Shown piece by piece: positions 10,149 through 20,481 of a DNA stretch of 64,000 bases; within the stretch, counting starts at the first letter, position 1, and each line of letters opens with the position of its first letter. The notes under the pieces were generated by a model. It saw nothing but the letters and a program-made list of their open reading frames with translations. It was not told the DNA's origin and made no database searches. Position numbers and translations under genes: made by a program. The DNA comes from Methanobacteriota archaeon (lineage in GTDB: Archaea > Thermoplasmatota > Thermoplasmata > RBG-16-68-12). The stretch is taken from positions 506 to 64,505 of the forward strand of contig VBLS01000110.1 in NCBI GenBank assembly GCA_005878635.1. The letters are read 5' to 3'.

Positions 10149-12541
10149 CCGGATCAGACGAGGGACCAGAGGACCAGGAAGGCCGGTCGCCGAGGAGGGG
10201 TAGTAATGGACATGAGGAGAATCGGCCCGCGGCCGAGCGAAGGTACTCGGAACTTCTCGACCAGATTCGAGTCACGGACGAGCGGTATGCGGAGCTCCTG
10301 GACGAGCTGAGGTCCCTCGGCGAGCGGCGGGCGTTACCTGAAGAAGGCGAGACTCGGTCGTCCAGCGTGTCCCCAATGTCGATTTCCGAATCAGGTCGCG
10401 CTCGTCTCCGGGACATCCCCATGACCCGTCGTCGCTGGATCGCCAGGCTGGTCGCGGTGATCCTCACCGGCCTCTCTACGGCTGCCTGGCTACTGGGTTA
10501 TCTCGGGTCTGCCTACAACATCCAGGTAGCGTTGTTCGCCCTCCCCCGGGAATTCGGTCGCTCATTCCTCTCCGATTTCCAGCTCTTGCTCTTGCAGATC
10601 ACCGCTCCCATTTTCGCTTGGGGAATCTGGGGCGTCATTACCGCTCGAGAATGGCGGCGATGGAGTCGGGCGCACAAGGTCGGCTCCCCGAGCCCCCCCG
10701 GGTCCGAAATTGCTCCCTCGCAGGTCCCTGGGACCAGCTCATCCCCGGTTCGGGGCGATTCAGAACCGGTTCGAAAGCAAACCCTCCGGCGGCTCTTGTC
10801 CTATTTGAGGCCCCACTGGCCGTATGCGGCCGGGGTTATGGCGGGACTCGTCATCGCCGCCCTGATGGACCTGACGCAAGTGTGGATCCTCGCGTTTCTC
10901 TTCATCGGGCAAGTTGTTCGGCTGGGGCACGTGGAGCTCCTTCCAAATGTCCTCCTCCTGCTCGGCACGACCTTTGCCGCCAAAGAGGTCGCCTCGTTTG
11001 TCAAGGACTATCTGTCGGAGATCCTGGCTCAGAAGACCGTGCATCGACTCCGATCCGATCTATACGAGAACATCGAGCGAATGCCCATGAGCTTCCTCGA
11101 TATGTCGCGGTCCGGTGAACTCGTCTCCCGGGTCGTCAGCGACACGAACGAAGTGGAAAGGGTCCTGACCGACAACGTCGCGGATTTCCTCACGAATGCG
11201 GTCATGGTCGCGGGCGCCCTCGGCCTACTGTTCTTCGTGAACGCGAGACTCGCTTTATTGGTCACGCCCCCCGCCCTCGTCATGGTCATCGTCGTGAACC
11301 GATTCAAAAAGTCCATCAAACAGACCTCGAGAAAAATCCGCGAAGCAGTCGCCGAACTCACCGCGAAGGCCTTCGAGGTCGTCTCCGGCCTCCGTATCGT
11401 GAAGAGTTTCAGGATGGAGCACCACGAGGCGAACGCGTTTCGCGATCGGTCCTGGGCGATCGCTCGGGCCAAGGTCCGCCTGGCTCGGCTTTCCGGAGCC
11501 TATTCCTCGACCGTGGATTTCCTCACCTTGTGCTCCCTCGCGGTGTTCGTCTGGTTCTCGGCGCCGGCGGTGATCAGCGGCGACCTGACAGTCGCAGTAG
11601 CGGTCGCCTTCCTCGGGTACATGGACAAGGTGTTCAAGCCCCTCGTCGTCCTGAGCAAGGTCAATTTCACGGTCCAAAAGGCCGTGGCGGCGGCCGATCG
11701 CATCTTCGAATTCATGGATGCGAAGGTGGAAGTCCTGGACGCCCCCGACAGTCTCTTCCCGCAAACGATCGAGGGACGCATCCAGTTCGACCGGGTGACT
11801 TTCGGGTATCGGCCGAACCGATACGTGCTGGAAGACTTCTCGTTGACGATCGAGCCCGGGGAGACGGTTGCGGTCGTCGGATCGAGTGGTGTGGGCAAAT
11901 CCACGATCGTCAACCTGCTCCTTCGGTTCTACGAGCCGATCGCGGGCGGGATTTCGATCGACGGATATCCCCTCGATCGGTTGAGCCTGAGTTGCCTACG
12001 GAACAAAATCGGCCTTGTCATGCAGGAGCCGGTCCTCTTCTCGGGATCGATTCGGGAGAACATCATGTACGGCGACGTTGAAGCCTCGGAGGAGAACGTC
12101 GTACGAGCAGCACAGTCAGCGAACGCCCACGATTTCATCGTGGGCCTGCCGAAGGGATATGACACGCAGATTGGCGAGCGCGGGGTCACCCTGTCCGTCG
12201 GCCAGAGGCAACGGATCGCGATTGCTCGCGCCCTCCTGAAGAACCCGAGCATCCTCATCCTTGATGAGGCGACTTCGAACATCGACTCCGAATCGGAATC
12301 GCTCATCCAAGACGCGTTGCGCAAGCTTGCACAGCGCAGGACGATGATTATCATCGGGCACCGGCTTTCGTCGATCATGGACGCGGACCGAATCGTGGTG
12401 CTCGAAGACGGAGGCATCGCCGAGGTCGGGACCCACGAAGACCTCCTTGGGAGAGGAGGGGTCTACGCGCGGCTGTACGAAGCCCAGATCGATCGGGTAG
12501 CTCCGGAGGAGGCGCCCCACAACCAACTCGACGCCGTGTGA
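10145..12541 (+). CDS. ABC exporter (fused TMD + NBD, MsbA-like) with N-terminal extension
   Basis: GSSGVGKST, LSVGQRQR, ILDEATS, H-loop; 6-TM domain. Confidence 0.93.
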   Translation: MTGSDEGPEDQEGRSPRRGSNGHEENRPAAERRYSELLDQIRVTDERYAELLDELRSLGERRALPEEGETRSSSVSPMSISESGRARLRDIPMTRRRWIARLVAVILTGLSTAAWLLGYLGSAYNIQVALFALPREFGRSFLSDFQLLLLQITAPIFAWGIWGVITAREWRRWSRAHKVGSPSPPGSEIAPSQVPGTSSSPVRGDSEPVRKQTLRRLLSYLRPHWPYAAGVMAGLVIAALMDLTQVWILAFLFIGQVVRLGHVELLPNVLLLLGTTFAAKEVASFVKDYLSEILAQKTVHRLRSDLYENIERMPMSFLDMSRSGELVSRVVSDTNEVERVLTDNVADFLTNAVMVAGALGLLFFVNARLALLVTPPALVMVIVVNRFKKSIKQTSRKIREAVAELTAKAFEVVSGLRIVKSFRMEHHEANAFRDRSWAIARAKVRLARLSGAYSSTVDFLTLCSLAVFVWFSAPAVISGDLTVAVAVAFLGYMDKVFKPLVVLSKVNFTVQKAVAAADRIFEFMDAKVEVLDAPDSLFPQTIEGRIQFDRVTFGYRPNRYVLEDFSLTIEPGETVAVVGSSGVGKSTIVNLLLRFYEPIAGGISIDGYPLDRLSLSCLRNKIGLVMQEPVLFSGSIRENIMYGDVEASEENVVRAAQSANAHDFIVGLPKGYDTQIGERGVTLSVGQRQRIAIARALLKNPSILILDEATSNIDSESESLIQDALRKLAQRRTMIIIGHRLSSIMDADRIVVLEDGGIAEVGTHEDLLGRGGVYARLYEAQIDRVAPEEAPHNQLDAV

Positions 12542-12739
12542 CACCCACCAATCCGTTGTCATGCCACGCCGGAGGCTCACGCCTCGAAGACAGACCGAAT
12601 AGTCACATGGGCCAAATTCGACAAGCGTCAAAACACCTGTGTGGTACAACTGGCCCAATATGTGTTACACTCGGGGCCAGATTGGCCGCAGTTGGGGGCG
12701 AGGCTTTGATATGACCGATCTCCTACGACCCCGGAGCGC

Positions 12740-14392
12740 ATGAAGGGGATGGCCGCGACGAACCAGGGACGCCGCATGGGACCGTTCCATTTTCGCGGGA
12801 AGACGAAGGCTTTGATTCGGACGACCCGGAAGTTTCGAGGGGTCGGCATCCCCACCGACCACGTGTGGAAGGCCCCCGTGCAACATCGACATCCCGCGGA
12901 GCTTGGGCCGTGGACCGTCCGCGTGAAGTCCGATTCCGACAGGGAGTTGTTGGAGGAGCTGAGGAAGTCGTTGAATTGGATGAAGGCCCTCGAACGCCCG
13001 AAAACGGATCGGATTCCGAGGCAGGTGTCGGCCGAAGAGGGCGCCAAGGAACCGCGACGGATCCCAAGCAAGCGGCGCGAGGCGGCCATCCTCCGTCGGA
13101 GGGCCGTCGCCGTCCTCGCCCTCGCACTCGTCATCGCCATGGCCGCGGGTTGGGCTTTGTTCCAGAAAGGAGCGGTCGTAAAGAGCCCTTTCGATTTCTC
13201 CCAGCCGCGCTGGAAAGACGAGTCCGCTACGCACTTCACGTTTGCGGCCGCGGGAGACTTTGGAGGACCGGACAACAACGATTCCGTCGGCGTCCTAGGA
13301 CGTGCTCGAACGGCTGGCATGTCGTTCTTCCTCGCCCTCGGCGATCTGGGGTACACGACGGATGCGTCGGGTTGGTGCACGCAAATGAAACGGGTCCTGC
13401 CGGAGATCGTCATCGTCGCCGGGGATGACGGGAGCAACGTGGGCGGCAACATGTCGGGGTACGTTGGGAGCTGTCCGTACCCGCTCTCCTCCCCGATGGT
13501 CTTGGGCAACGGGACTCCCGGCTACGGGTACGAGTATTACTTCGACTACCCTCGGGACAGGCCCCTCGCGCGATTCATCCTGCTCTCGGCCGGGCTCAAG
13601 GGTGTCAATTACAACTACGGCAAGAACTCACCGCATACGGAGTGGGTCGAGGACGCCGTCGCGAATGCCCGAGATGCGGGCATCCCTTGGGTCATCGCGG
13701 GGGTCCACAAGGAGTGTATCACCGTGGCCAACGATGGCCACTGTCCTATGGGCCAGTACCTCTTCGACGAACTTCTGGAAGCCCACGTGGACTTGATATT
13801 GGTTGGTCACGACCATGTGTACGAGCGGAGCAAGCAGCTCAGGGTCTCGTCGAGCTGCGAGTCCGTCAACTCGACGAACCGGTTTGATCCTTCCTGCGTC
13901 GCAGCGAATGGAACCCGAGGCGCCTACGCGAAAGGCAAAGGCACTGTCGTCGTTGTGCAAGGCGTCGGAGGGCGAAGCTTCGACAACGTGTCGATTGACG
14001 GAGGTGACCGGGAGCTGGGTTACTTCGACGCGGTCATGGGCGCCAATGCGAATACCCAAGGGCGGCTGTCCGGCTTCGGGTCCGTGTTCTACGAAGTGGA
14101 GGCTGATTCGATCGCAGCGAAAACCGATTTCTGTCCGCCCGAGTCGACTGCGACCGAAGGGCGTTGCACGTCGAATCCCGGCTCGGTGTTTGCGGACCAC
14201 TTTGCGATCTATGCTTCCGCCGGTTTACAGTCTTCGTCGGATGTGCGGGCGTCGTACCTCGAGCGTGGTGTCTCTCCGGTATCGGGCGCCTCGTCCGTCC
14301 TTCCAGAGCCGGAACAAAATGGATTCGAACAACGGGCCATCGTCCTGCCGAGAGGTCACATCCTGTATCTTCACGTCGCGAGGGGACCTTAG
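12740..14392 (+). CDS. Membrane-anchored extracellular metallophosphoesterase (purple acid phosphatase-like)
   Basis: TM helix followed by AGDFG, GDLGY, GVHK, GHDHVYER; start uncertain. Confidence 0.72.
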   Translation: MKGMAATNQGRRMGPFHFRGKTKALIRTTRKFRGVGIPTDHVWKAPVQHRHPAELGPWTVRVKSDSDRELLEELRKSLNWMKALERPKTDRIPRQVSAEEGAKEPRRIPSKRREAAILRRRAVAVLALALVIAMAAGWALFQKGAVVKSPFDFSQPRWKDESATHFTFAAAGDFGGPDNNDSVGVLGRARTAGMSFFLALGDLGYTTDASGWCTQMKRVLPEIVIVAGDDGSNVGGNMSGYVGSCPYPLSSPMVLGNGTPGYGYEYYFDYPRDRPLARFILLSAGLKGVNYNYGKNSPHTEWVEDAVANARDAGIPWVIAGVHKECITVANDGHCPMGQYLFDELLEAHVDLILVGHDHVYERSKQLRVSSSCESVNSTNRFDPSCVAANGTRGAYAKGKGTVVVVQGVGGRSFDNVSIDGGDRELGYFDAVMGANANTQGRLSGFGSVFYEVEADSIAAKTDFCPPESTATEGRCTSNPGSVFADHFAIYASAGLQSSSDVRASYLERGVSPVSGASSVLPEPEQNGFEQRAIVLPRGHILYLHVARGP

Positions 14393-14506
14393 CCGGGTTC
14401 GATACATGGGGCATCGGCTCTAGAGGAGCGGGGTAGCAGCATCCTAGTGGCCCAGGCTGTCGCGGGTGGAAAGGGTTTTCGTCTTCCGTGCCGATATCCC
14501 GAAACA

Positions 14507-14791
14507 ATGGATCTCCGCACCCTCGTCGACCGGGACATTGCCCTGACAGAACGCGCCCTCGGGAAAGCCAAGATTGCGGTGCCGGAACGGTCTCACCTCC
14601 GGAAGTGCGCGGACGACTTCGTGACGATGGCCCGGGCGTATTGCGCGGACGCGAAGCACTTCCGGGACGCGGGGGAGCTGGACAAGGCCCTCGCGAACAT
14701 CAACTACGCCCACGGTTGGCTCGATGCCGGGGCGCGACTCGGCCTCTTCGACGTTGGCGGCGACGACCAGCTCTTCACACTGAGCGAGTGA
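14507..14791 (+). CDS. DUF357 family protein
   Basis: MARAY..DAKHF, NYAHGWLDAGARLG archaeal motif. Confidence 0.88.
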   Translation: MDLRTLVDRDIALTERALGKAKIAVPERSHLRKCADDFVTMARAYCADAKHFRDAGELDKALANINYAHGWLDAGARLGLFDVGGDDQLFTLSE

Positions 14792-15664
14792 TCAAAGGAC
14801 CCGCGCACCTACGTTGTCGACCTCGCATCGCTGCAGGGTGCCGAACTTGCGGTAGAGGGTCGCGAGCTGCTCCGTGTTCCCGGTGGCGAAGACCGAGTTG
14901 CCGAGCATGGCCATCGTGGCCCGCCCGAACATCCGGGAAGCGTGAAGGACCTCGAGGACCGTCCGGTTCGCAAGGCCTGTTTCCTGAGCAAATCGAATGC
15001 CCAGATCGAATAGTCTCTCGAGGGTCGGCCCTTGTGCGAATTCATCGACGAAGCTCCCACCCACGCGATTGATGGCGGCGATTTTCCCCGGATCTCGCAG
15101 GACTCCCCGCGTCGGCATTTCTGGACCGAGCACCGCAAGGAGAAGATCAGCCTTCATCGGAAAGGTCCGGACTTCTCCGTGGCCCGGCGCTCCCGGTTTC
15201 CAGCGAAGATCCATTCCTCCAATCGAAGCCGGGACGACGTCCCCGAGACCCGTGCCACACTCGACCTCGGTCTCGTGCGCGAGGGCGACGAGTTCCTGGC
15301 GGGACACTCCCGAGCCGAGGGCGTCGTTCATCGCGAGCGCCGTGCTGAGGGCCGCCGCCGCGCTGACTCCGAACCCCTGGGACACGGGCAGCGGCGTCTC
15401 GCTCAAGATCTTGATTTCCATGGGGCGAGGGCCGACCATTTTTTCGACGACGCGCCGGGTGACCTCGGCCGGCCGACGTCGCTCGTTCACGAGGATGTCA
15501 ATCGCCGGCCGCGAGGCGTCTCGTGCCTTCGCAACTGTCTGGACGCCAAGGCTCAATGAGAGGCCGGCGCCACGAGAACCCTTCGCTCGTGGGTTCGGAT
15601 TCTCAACGACCTCGAAGAAGGCCGTGACATGTCCGGGGCAAAAGGCCTCACCCTCGGACACCAT
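14792..15664 (-). CDS. Pantoate kinase (GHMP family)
   Basis: PGHVTAFF, GSRGAG, GFGVSAA, TGLGDV, MLGNSVF; adjacent to coaBC. Confidence 0.9.
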   Translation of the reverse strand: MVSEGEAFCPGHVTAFFEVVENPNPRAKGSRGAGLSLSLGVQTVAKARDASRPAIDILVNERRRPAEVTRRVVEKMVGPRPMEIKILSETPLPVSQGFGVSAAAALSTALAMNDALGSGVSRQELVALAHETEVECGTGLGDVVPASIGGMDLRWKPGAPGHGEVRTFPMKADLLLAVLGPEMPTRGVLRDPGKIAAINRVGGSFVDEFAQGPTLERLFDLGIRFAQETGLANRTVLEVLHASRMFGRATMAMLGNSVFATGNTEQLATLYRKFGTLQRCEVDNVGARVL

Positions 15665-16853
15665 GCAGGATTGCCCGCCAAATCCGCTCCGCCGCGAGCG
15701 CTTTCGATCCTTCGAACGACTCGGAGTGACCTTTTCGGTCGAAGATCGTGATCGACGTCGTGTCTCCCTTGACCTGCGACACGTCGTTCGCCACGACGAA
15801 ATCCAGCTCCGCTTCCTTCGCGAGGACCATCGCCTTCGTCTTCAACTCCGCCTCGCTGATCCCGGCCTCCGCTTTGAACCCGACGAGAGCCTTTCGCGTC
15901 CCTTTCCGGAATTGCGCCAGGAGTTTCGGGGTCGGTTCCAACTCGAGGGTCAGCCCGCCTTTCCGACTCGGGATTTTTCCTTTCTGTTTTTTCGTCGGCG
16001 TGAAATCCGAAACGGCAGCGGGCACGAGACAGATTTCCGCGTCGGCCTTGTCTGCCATAGTCGCGAGGCTCTCGGTCGTATCGAACGACTTGGAGGGCAA
16101 CCACGTCGGAACCGTCGTCTCATGGCGGCCGAGCCATAGCTCCACGTCGGCGCCATGCTCGAAGGCGGCCTTCGCGAGTTCGATTCCGGTCCCCCCGGTC
16201 GATCGGTTCGTCACCACACGGACGTCGTCGATCGGCTCGACGGTCGCTCCGGCGACGACGAGGACACGCATGTCTTGAAGGTCCCTCGGCCCGAGACGTC
16301 GGAGGACCCTCGCGACGATCGTCTCCACGTCCGCCATCTTCGCCTTGTCCTCCTCCCGCTTCGCCTCGACCAATTCCACGCCCAGTTCTCGCAGCCGACG
16401 GATGTTCGCCGCGGCCGCGGGATTGTCCATCATAGACTCGTGGGCCGCGGGAGCGAGGAGAATCGGGATGCCAGAACCGAGGGCGTTGGCCGCATAGGTC
16501 GTCACGGTCGTGTCGTCGATCCCTTGGGCGATTTTCCCCATCGTATTCGCCGTGCACGGCGCGATTAGGAGGAGGTTCGCCTTCCCGTCCCGCCCGCACA
16601 TCGTCAGGTACTCCATCGAACCGGTGATGGCCGTGACCACGGGATTGCCGGTCGCGAACTGCAGGGCGTTGGGATGAACGATTTCGGTTGCGGATCGAGT
16701 GAGGACGGCGTGGACCTCGGCACCGTGGCGAATCAACTCGTGCGCGAGCTTCACCGTCTCGACGGCCGCAATGCTGCCCGTGATTGCCAGGACGATCGTT
16801 TTGCCCTGGAGCTTCATGCTCTTCCGTCCACGGAGACGGTCGGCGGGATGCAT
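15648..16853 (-). CDS. coaBC: Phosphopantothenoylcysteine decarboxylase/synthetase
   Basis: TGSIAA, APCTANT, EPIDDVR.VTNRSTG, GFKAE, VVAND. Confidence 0.95.
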   Translation of the reverse strand: MHPADRLRGRKSMKLQGKTIVLAITGSIAAVETVKLAHELIRHGAEVHAVLTRSATEIVHPNALQFATGNPVVTAITGSMEYLTMCGRDGKANLLLIAPCTANTMGKIAQGIDDTTVTTYAANALGSGIPILLAPAAHESMMDNPAAAANIRRLRELGVELVEAKREEDKAKMADVETIVARVLRRLGPRDLQDMRVLVVAGATVEPIDDVRVVTNRSTGGTGIELAKAAFEHGADVELWLGRHETTVPTWLPSKSFDTTESLATMADKADAEICLVPAAVSDFTPTKKQKGKIPSRKGGLTLELEPTPKLLAQFRKGTRKALVGFKAEAGISEAELKTKAMVLAKEAELDFVVANDVSQVKGDTTSITIFDRKGHSESFEGSKALAAERIWRAILHGVRG

Positions 16854-16972
16854 TCTCTCAACGATTTCTCATGCGCGATATATAGCTATGGGCTTCGTTC
16901 GAACGAAGGGGGCGAACGGTTGGTCTCCGGGGAACCTTTAATCCGCCCGTTCCGTTAGCCCCCGCCGCTCCG

Positions 16973-18259
16973 ATGGATTACGCGACGACGCTCGAACATC
17001 TCTATCGTCTCGAGCGGTTCGGGATCAAGCTCGGCCTCGAGAACATCCGGCGGCTCCTGTCGCTCCTCGGAGATCCGCATCGCGACCTGAGGATCCTGCA
17101 CGTCACCGGGACGAACGGCAAGGGATCCGTGTGCGCCTACGCCGCCTCCGTATTGCAGCAGGCGGGCTATCATGTCGGCCTGTACACCTCGCCGCATCTC
17201 GTGCGGTTCAACGAGAGGATCCAGGTCGACCGGACCCCGATCGCCGACGACGACGTCCTCCGGCTCTGGTCGGGGATGCAGCCCGCGATTCAGGCGATGA
17301 CCTCGGCCCGGGCGATCGATCATCCGACCTTCTTCGAGGTGGCGACCGCCATGGCCTTCGAATACTTCCGCGAGCGTCAGGTCGACGTCGCGGTGATCGA
17401 AGTGGGAATGGGAGGCCGGATGGACGCCACGAATGTGGCGGACGGCCTCGTCTCCGTCATTACCCGCGTGGACCTGGAGCACACCGAACACCTCGGAAGG
17501 ACCGTGAACCGGATCGCCCGGGAGAAGGCGGGAATCATCAAGCCCTCGTCGCGCGCCGTGACCGTCGAGCAACCCGCTCTGTCCGTCATCGAGGCCCGCT
17601 GTCGGGAGGTCCACGCTCCTCTTTCCGTCGTCGGCCGGGACGTGTATGCGGAACGCGGCGCCCGGGACCTGAAGGGCCAGGACCTGCGCGTCCGCGGATC
17701 CTTTGGAGAGATCGAGGTCCACACGCCGCTGCTGGGGGCCTTCCAGGCCGAAAACGTCACGCTCGCGGTCACCGCCCTCACCGAACTTCGGCAACAAGGA
17801 TTCGCCGTCTCGGACGATGCGATTCGAAGGGGCATCGCATCGACCCACTGGCCCGCACGCCTCGAGCCCGTCCGGGAGCGACCTCTCGTCCTGGTCGACG
17901 GCGCCCACAATCGGCCCGCGACGGACGCTCTTGCGACCTCCATCGCCGACCTGCTCTCGAATCGAAAGATCTCCCTCGTCGTGGGCATCTTGAACGACAA
18001 AGACCTAAAGGGGATGGCCGCCGCCCTGGGTCCCCTCGCATCCCACGTGTACGCGTGCCGACCGAAAACGCATCGGGCGTTCGCGGCCGACGAGGTCGCC
18101 TCGGCTTTCGCACCCTACGCCAAGGCCGAGTCCATCCCCCTTGTACGGGACGCGATCGACGCTGCGATCTCGAATGCAAGCGAGGAGGACGTCGTGCTGA
18201 TTACCGGATCCATCTACACGGCGGGGGAGGCCCTTGACCACCTCGGCGTCCATCCGTGA
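16973..18259 (+). CDS. folC: Folylpolyglutamate synthase/dihydrofolate synthase
   Basis: HVTGTNGKGS, YTSPHL, EVGMGGRMDATN, DGAHN, TGSIY. Confidence 0.93.
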   Translation: MDYATTLEHLYRLERFGIKLGLENIRRLLSLLGDPHRDLRILHVTGTNGKGSVCAYAASVLQQAGYHVGLYTSPHLVRFNERIQVDRTPIADDDVLRLWSGMQPAIQAMTSARAIDHPTFFEVATAMAFEYFRERQVDVAVIEVGMGGRMDATNVADGLVSVITRVDLEHTEHLGRTVNRIAREKAGIIKPSSRAVTVEQPALSVIEARCREVHAPLSVVGRDVYAERGARDLKGQDLRVRGSFGEIEVHTPLLGAFQAENVTLAVTALTELRQQGFAVSDDAIRRGIASTHWPARLEPVRERPLVLVDGAHNRPATDALATSIADLLSNRKISLVVGILNDKDLKGMAAALGPLASHVYACRPKTHRAFAADEVASAFAPYAKAESIPLVRDAIDAAISNASEEDVVLITGSIYTAGEALDHLGVHP

Positions 18260-18989
18260 GCGGATCCCCTTCATCATGCGGGACCTCGCGGCTCGATACC
18301 TCCCCGCAGGGGACCTTCATCAAGGAGAGACCGCCCTCGCGAAGATCGTCGCGGAACGGGAAGATCCGTTCCTCGTCCTCATTTCGACGATCCTGTCCCA
18401 GCGAACTCGAGACGAGATGACGGAGCGGGCGTCGCGACAGCTGTTCGCGAAATATGACACGCCCCGCGCCCTCGCGGATGCAGATCCCGGGGATCTCGAG
18501 CGCTTGATTAAGCCGGTGGGGTTCTACCGGCAGAAGGCGGTCCAAATCCAAAAGGTTAGCCGGGTCCTCCTCGATCGATATGGGGGCGACGTGCCGGCAA
18601 CCTACGACGAGCTCATTGCGCTTCCCCAGGTCGGGCCGAAGACCGCGAACTGCGTCCTCGTCTACGGCTTCGGAGAACCGCGGATCCCGACGGACACCCA
18701 CGTCCATCGCGTGAGCAACCGGCTCGGACTCGTTCGCACGAAGACCCCCGCGGCGACCGAGAAGCGACTGATGCGCACCGTCTCGAAGGAGTACTGGCTC
18801 CATATCAACGAGCTGTTCATCCGTTTCGGAAAAGACCTCTGTCGGCCAATCGGCCCCCAGTGCCCGCGGTGTTCCTTCACGGACTTCTGCCGGTTCTACC
18901 CACGGACAAAGTGGGGGAAACTGGTGTCGAAGACCGCCCGACGAGCGCAGGTTCATCGGTCTCGACGACCTTCCAGGACCCATGATTGA
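18234..18989 (+). CDS. nth: Endonuclease III
   Basis: LPQVGPKTA HhH motif, DTHVHR, C-x6-C-x2-C-x5-C Fe-S cluster; start uncertain. Confidence 0.92.
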   Translation: MTTSASIRERIPFIMRDLAARYLPAGDLHQGETALAKIVAEREDPFLVLISTILSQRTRDEMTERASRQLFAKYDTPRALADADPGDLERLIKPVGFYRQKAVQIQKVSRVLLDRYGGDVPATYDELIALPQVGPKTANCVLVYGFGEPRIPTDTHVHRVSNRLGLVRTKTPAATEKRLMRTVSKEYWLHINELFIRFGKDLCRPIGPQCPRCSFTDFCRFYPRTKWGKLVSKTARRAQVHRSRRPSRTHD

Positions 18990-20343
18990 TCCGGCAGAAC
19001 GCGCGAAAATCTATTCCGTGCTGGATGGCCGTTCCGAGGATTTTGTAACCCTGCTGTCGGACTACATTCGCGTTCCGACGATTTCGGCCCACGGGACCAA
19101 GTTTCAGGAAGGCGCTGAAGCTACGCGGAAGGTCCTTGAGACCGCGGGGGCGACCGCCCGTTTGGTCCCCGAAAAGGGTGGCCCGCCGGTCGTCATCGGC
19201 GAGATCGAGGATGATTCGACTTCACCTTGGGTGATCCTCTATAACCATTACGACGTCCAGCCCGTCGATCCGCTTGACGAGTGGACGTCCGATCCATTTG
19301 ACCCCGTCGTCCGGGATGGCAAGCTGTACGGCCGAGGTGCCTCGGACACGAAAGGGAACACGGTCGCGCAAGCCCTCGCGGTGCAGGCGATCCGAGAAGT
19401 CGTTGGTCGCCTCCCGGTAAACGTCCGGTTCTTCATCGATGGCGAGGAGGAGAGTGGAAGCCCGCACCTGCTGCCGTTCGCAGAGGCCCATCCGGAGTTG
19501 TTCCGGGGCCTCGGGGCGACGATCGAGGCGGCCGCACACACGCGAGACGGGAAGCCCTCCATCAGCCTCGGCTCCAAAGGTATCCTGAGCGTCGACCTCG
19601 AGGTGCGGACGTCCAACGTGGATCAGCATTCGTCCTTGGCGACCGTCATCCCGAATGCCGCGTGGCGGCTCATTGCGGCCCTTCGCAGCCTGCGGTCGGA
19701 GAATGGAAAAATCCTCATCGCCGGTTTCTTGGACGGTGTCCCTCCTCCCGACCCGGAGATGCTCCGGTATCTACGAAAGAACACGTCGGATCCACTCTCG
19801 TACAAGGACGAGTTCGGGGCTCGGGAGATCTTCGGCGGGAAGACTCGCTACGCGCGTCTCAAGCGGGCTGCGTACGGCACGACCTGCACGATCGACGGAA
19901 TTTGGAGCGGCTATATGGGGCCGGGCCACAAGACCGTGAACCCGGCCGTCGCTCACGCGAAGCTCGACTTCCGCCTTCTTCCGGGACAGAGGCCCGATGC
20001 GATCTTCGACCGACTCGTTGCCCATCTCCGAACCAAAGGGTTCTCGGACGTCAAGGTCGACAAAGACTCCGTGTTCGAACCCGCCTCCTGTGCAATCTCG
20101 GAACGCCTTCCGCAGGCCATTTTGGCCGCGACCCGGGAAGTCTACGGCACGGAGCCGAACGTGTTCCCTTGGTCCTACGGCTCCTCGACCACGTGGTACT
20201 TCACTCGGATGGGGACGCCCGCTCCCCACGGGCCGGGGGTCGGATACCAAGGGAGCCGCGCCCACGCCCCGAACGAGCAGATTCGCCTTCAGGACGCCGG
20301 GCGCTCGATGAAGGCCACGGCCGGGATGCTCATGGTCCTCTGA
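18982..20343 (+). CDS. M20/M25/M40 family peptidase/amidohydrolase
   Basis: HYDVQP, GRGASDTKG, GEEE, AHAPNE. Confidence 0.9.
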   Translation: MIDPAERAKIYSVLDGRSEDFVTLLSDYIRVPTISAHGTKFQEGAEATRKVLETAGATARLVPEKGGPPVVIGEIEDDSTSPWVILYNHYDVQPVDPLDEWTSDPFDPVVRDGKLYGRGASDTKGNTVAQALAVQAIREVVGRLPVNVRFFIDGEEESGSPHLLPFAEAHPELFRGLGATIEAAAHTRDGKPSISLGSKGILSVDLEVRTSNVDQHSSLATVIPNAAWRLIAALRSLRSENGKILIAGFLDGVPPPDPEMLRYLRKNTSDPLSYKDEFGAREIFGGKTRYARLKRAAYGTTCTIDGIWSGYMGPGHKTVNPAVAHAKLDFRLLPGQRPDAIFDRLVAHLRTKGFSDVKVDKDSVFEPASCAISERLPQAILAATREVYGTEPNVFPWSYGSSTTWYFTRMGTPAPHGPGVGYQGSRAHAPNEQIRLQDAGRSMKATAGMLMVL

Positions 20344-20481
20344 TTGACCCGTGGGGTCCTTCGACAGCGATTAGCTCGAGATGGCGTCCGACCGTCAAGA
20401 CCGAAACGCGAAGCGACGTCGCGGGTTCTGAAATTTGAATGCCTAGGTTTCATATTGTCCATCTCCACTGCGGGACGCGTC

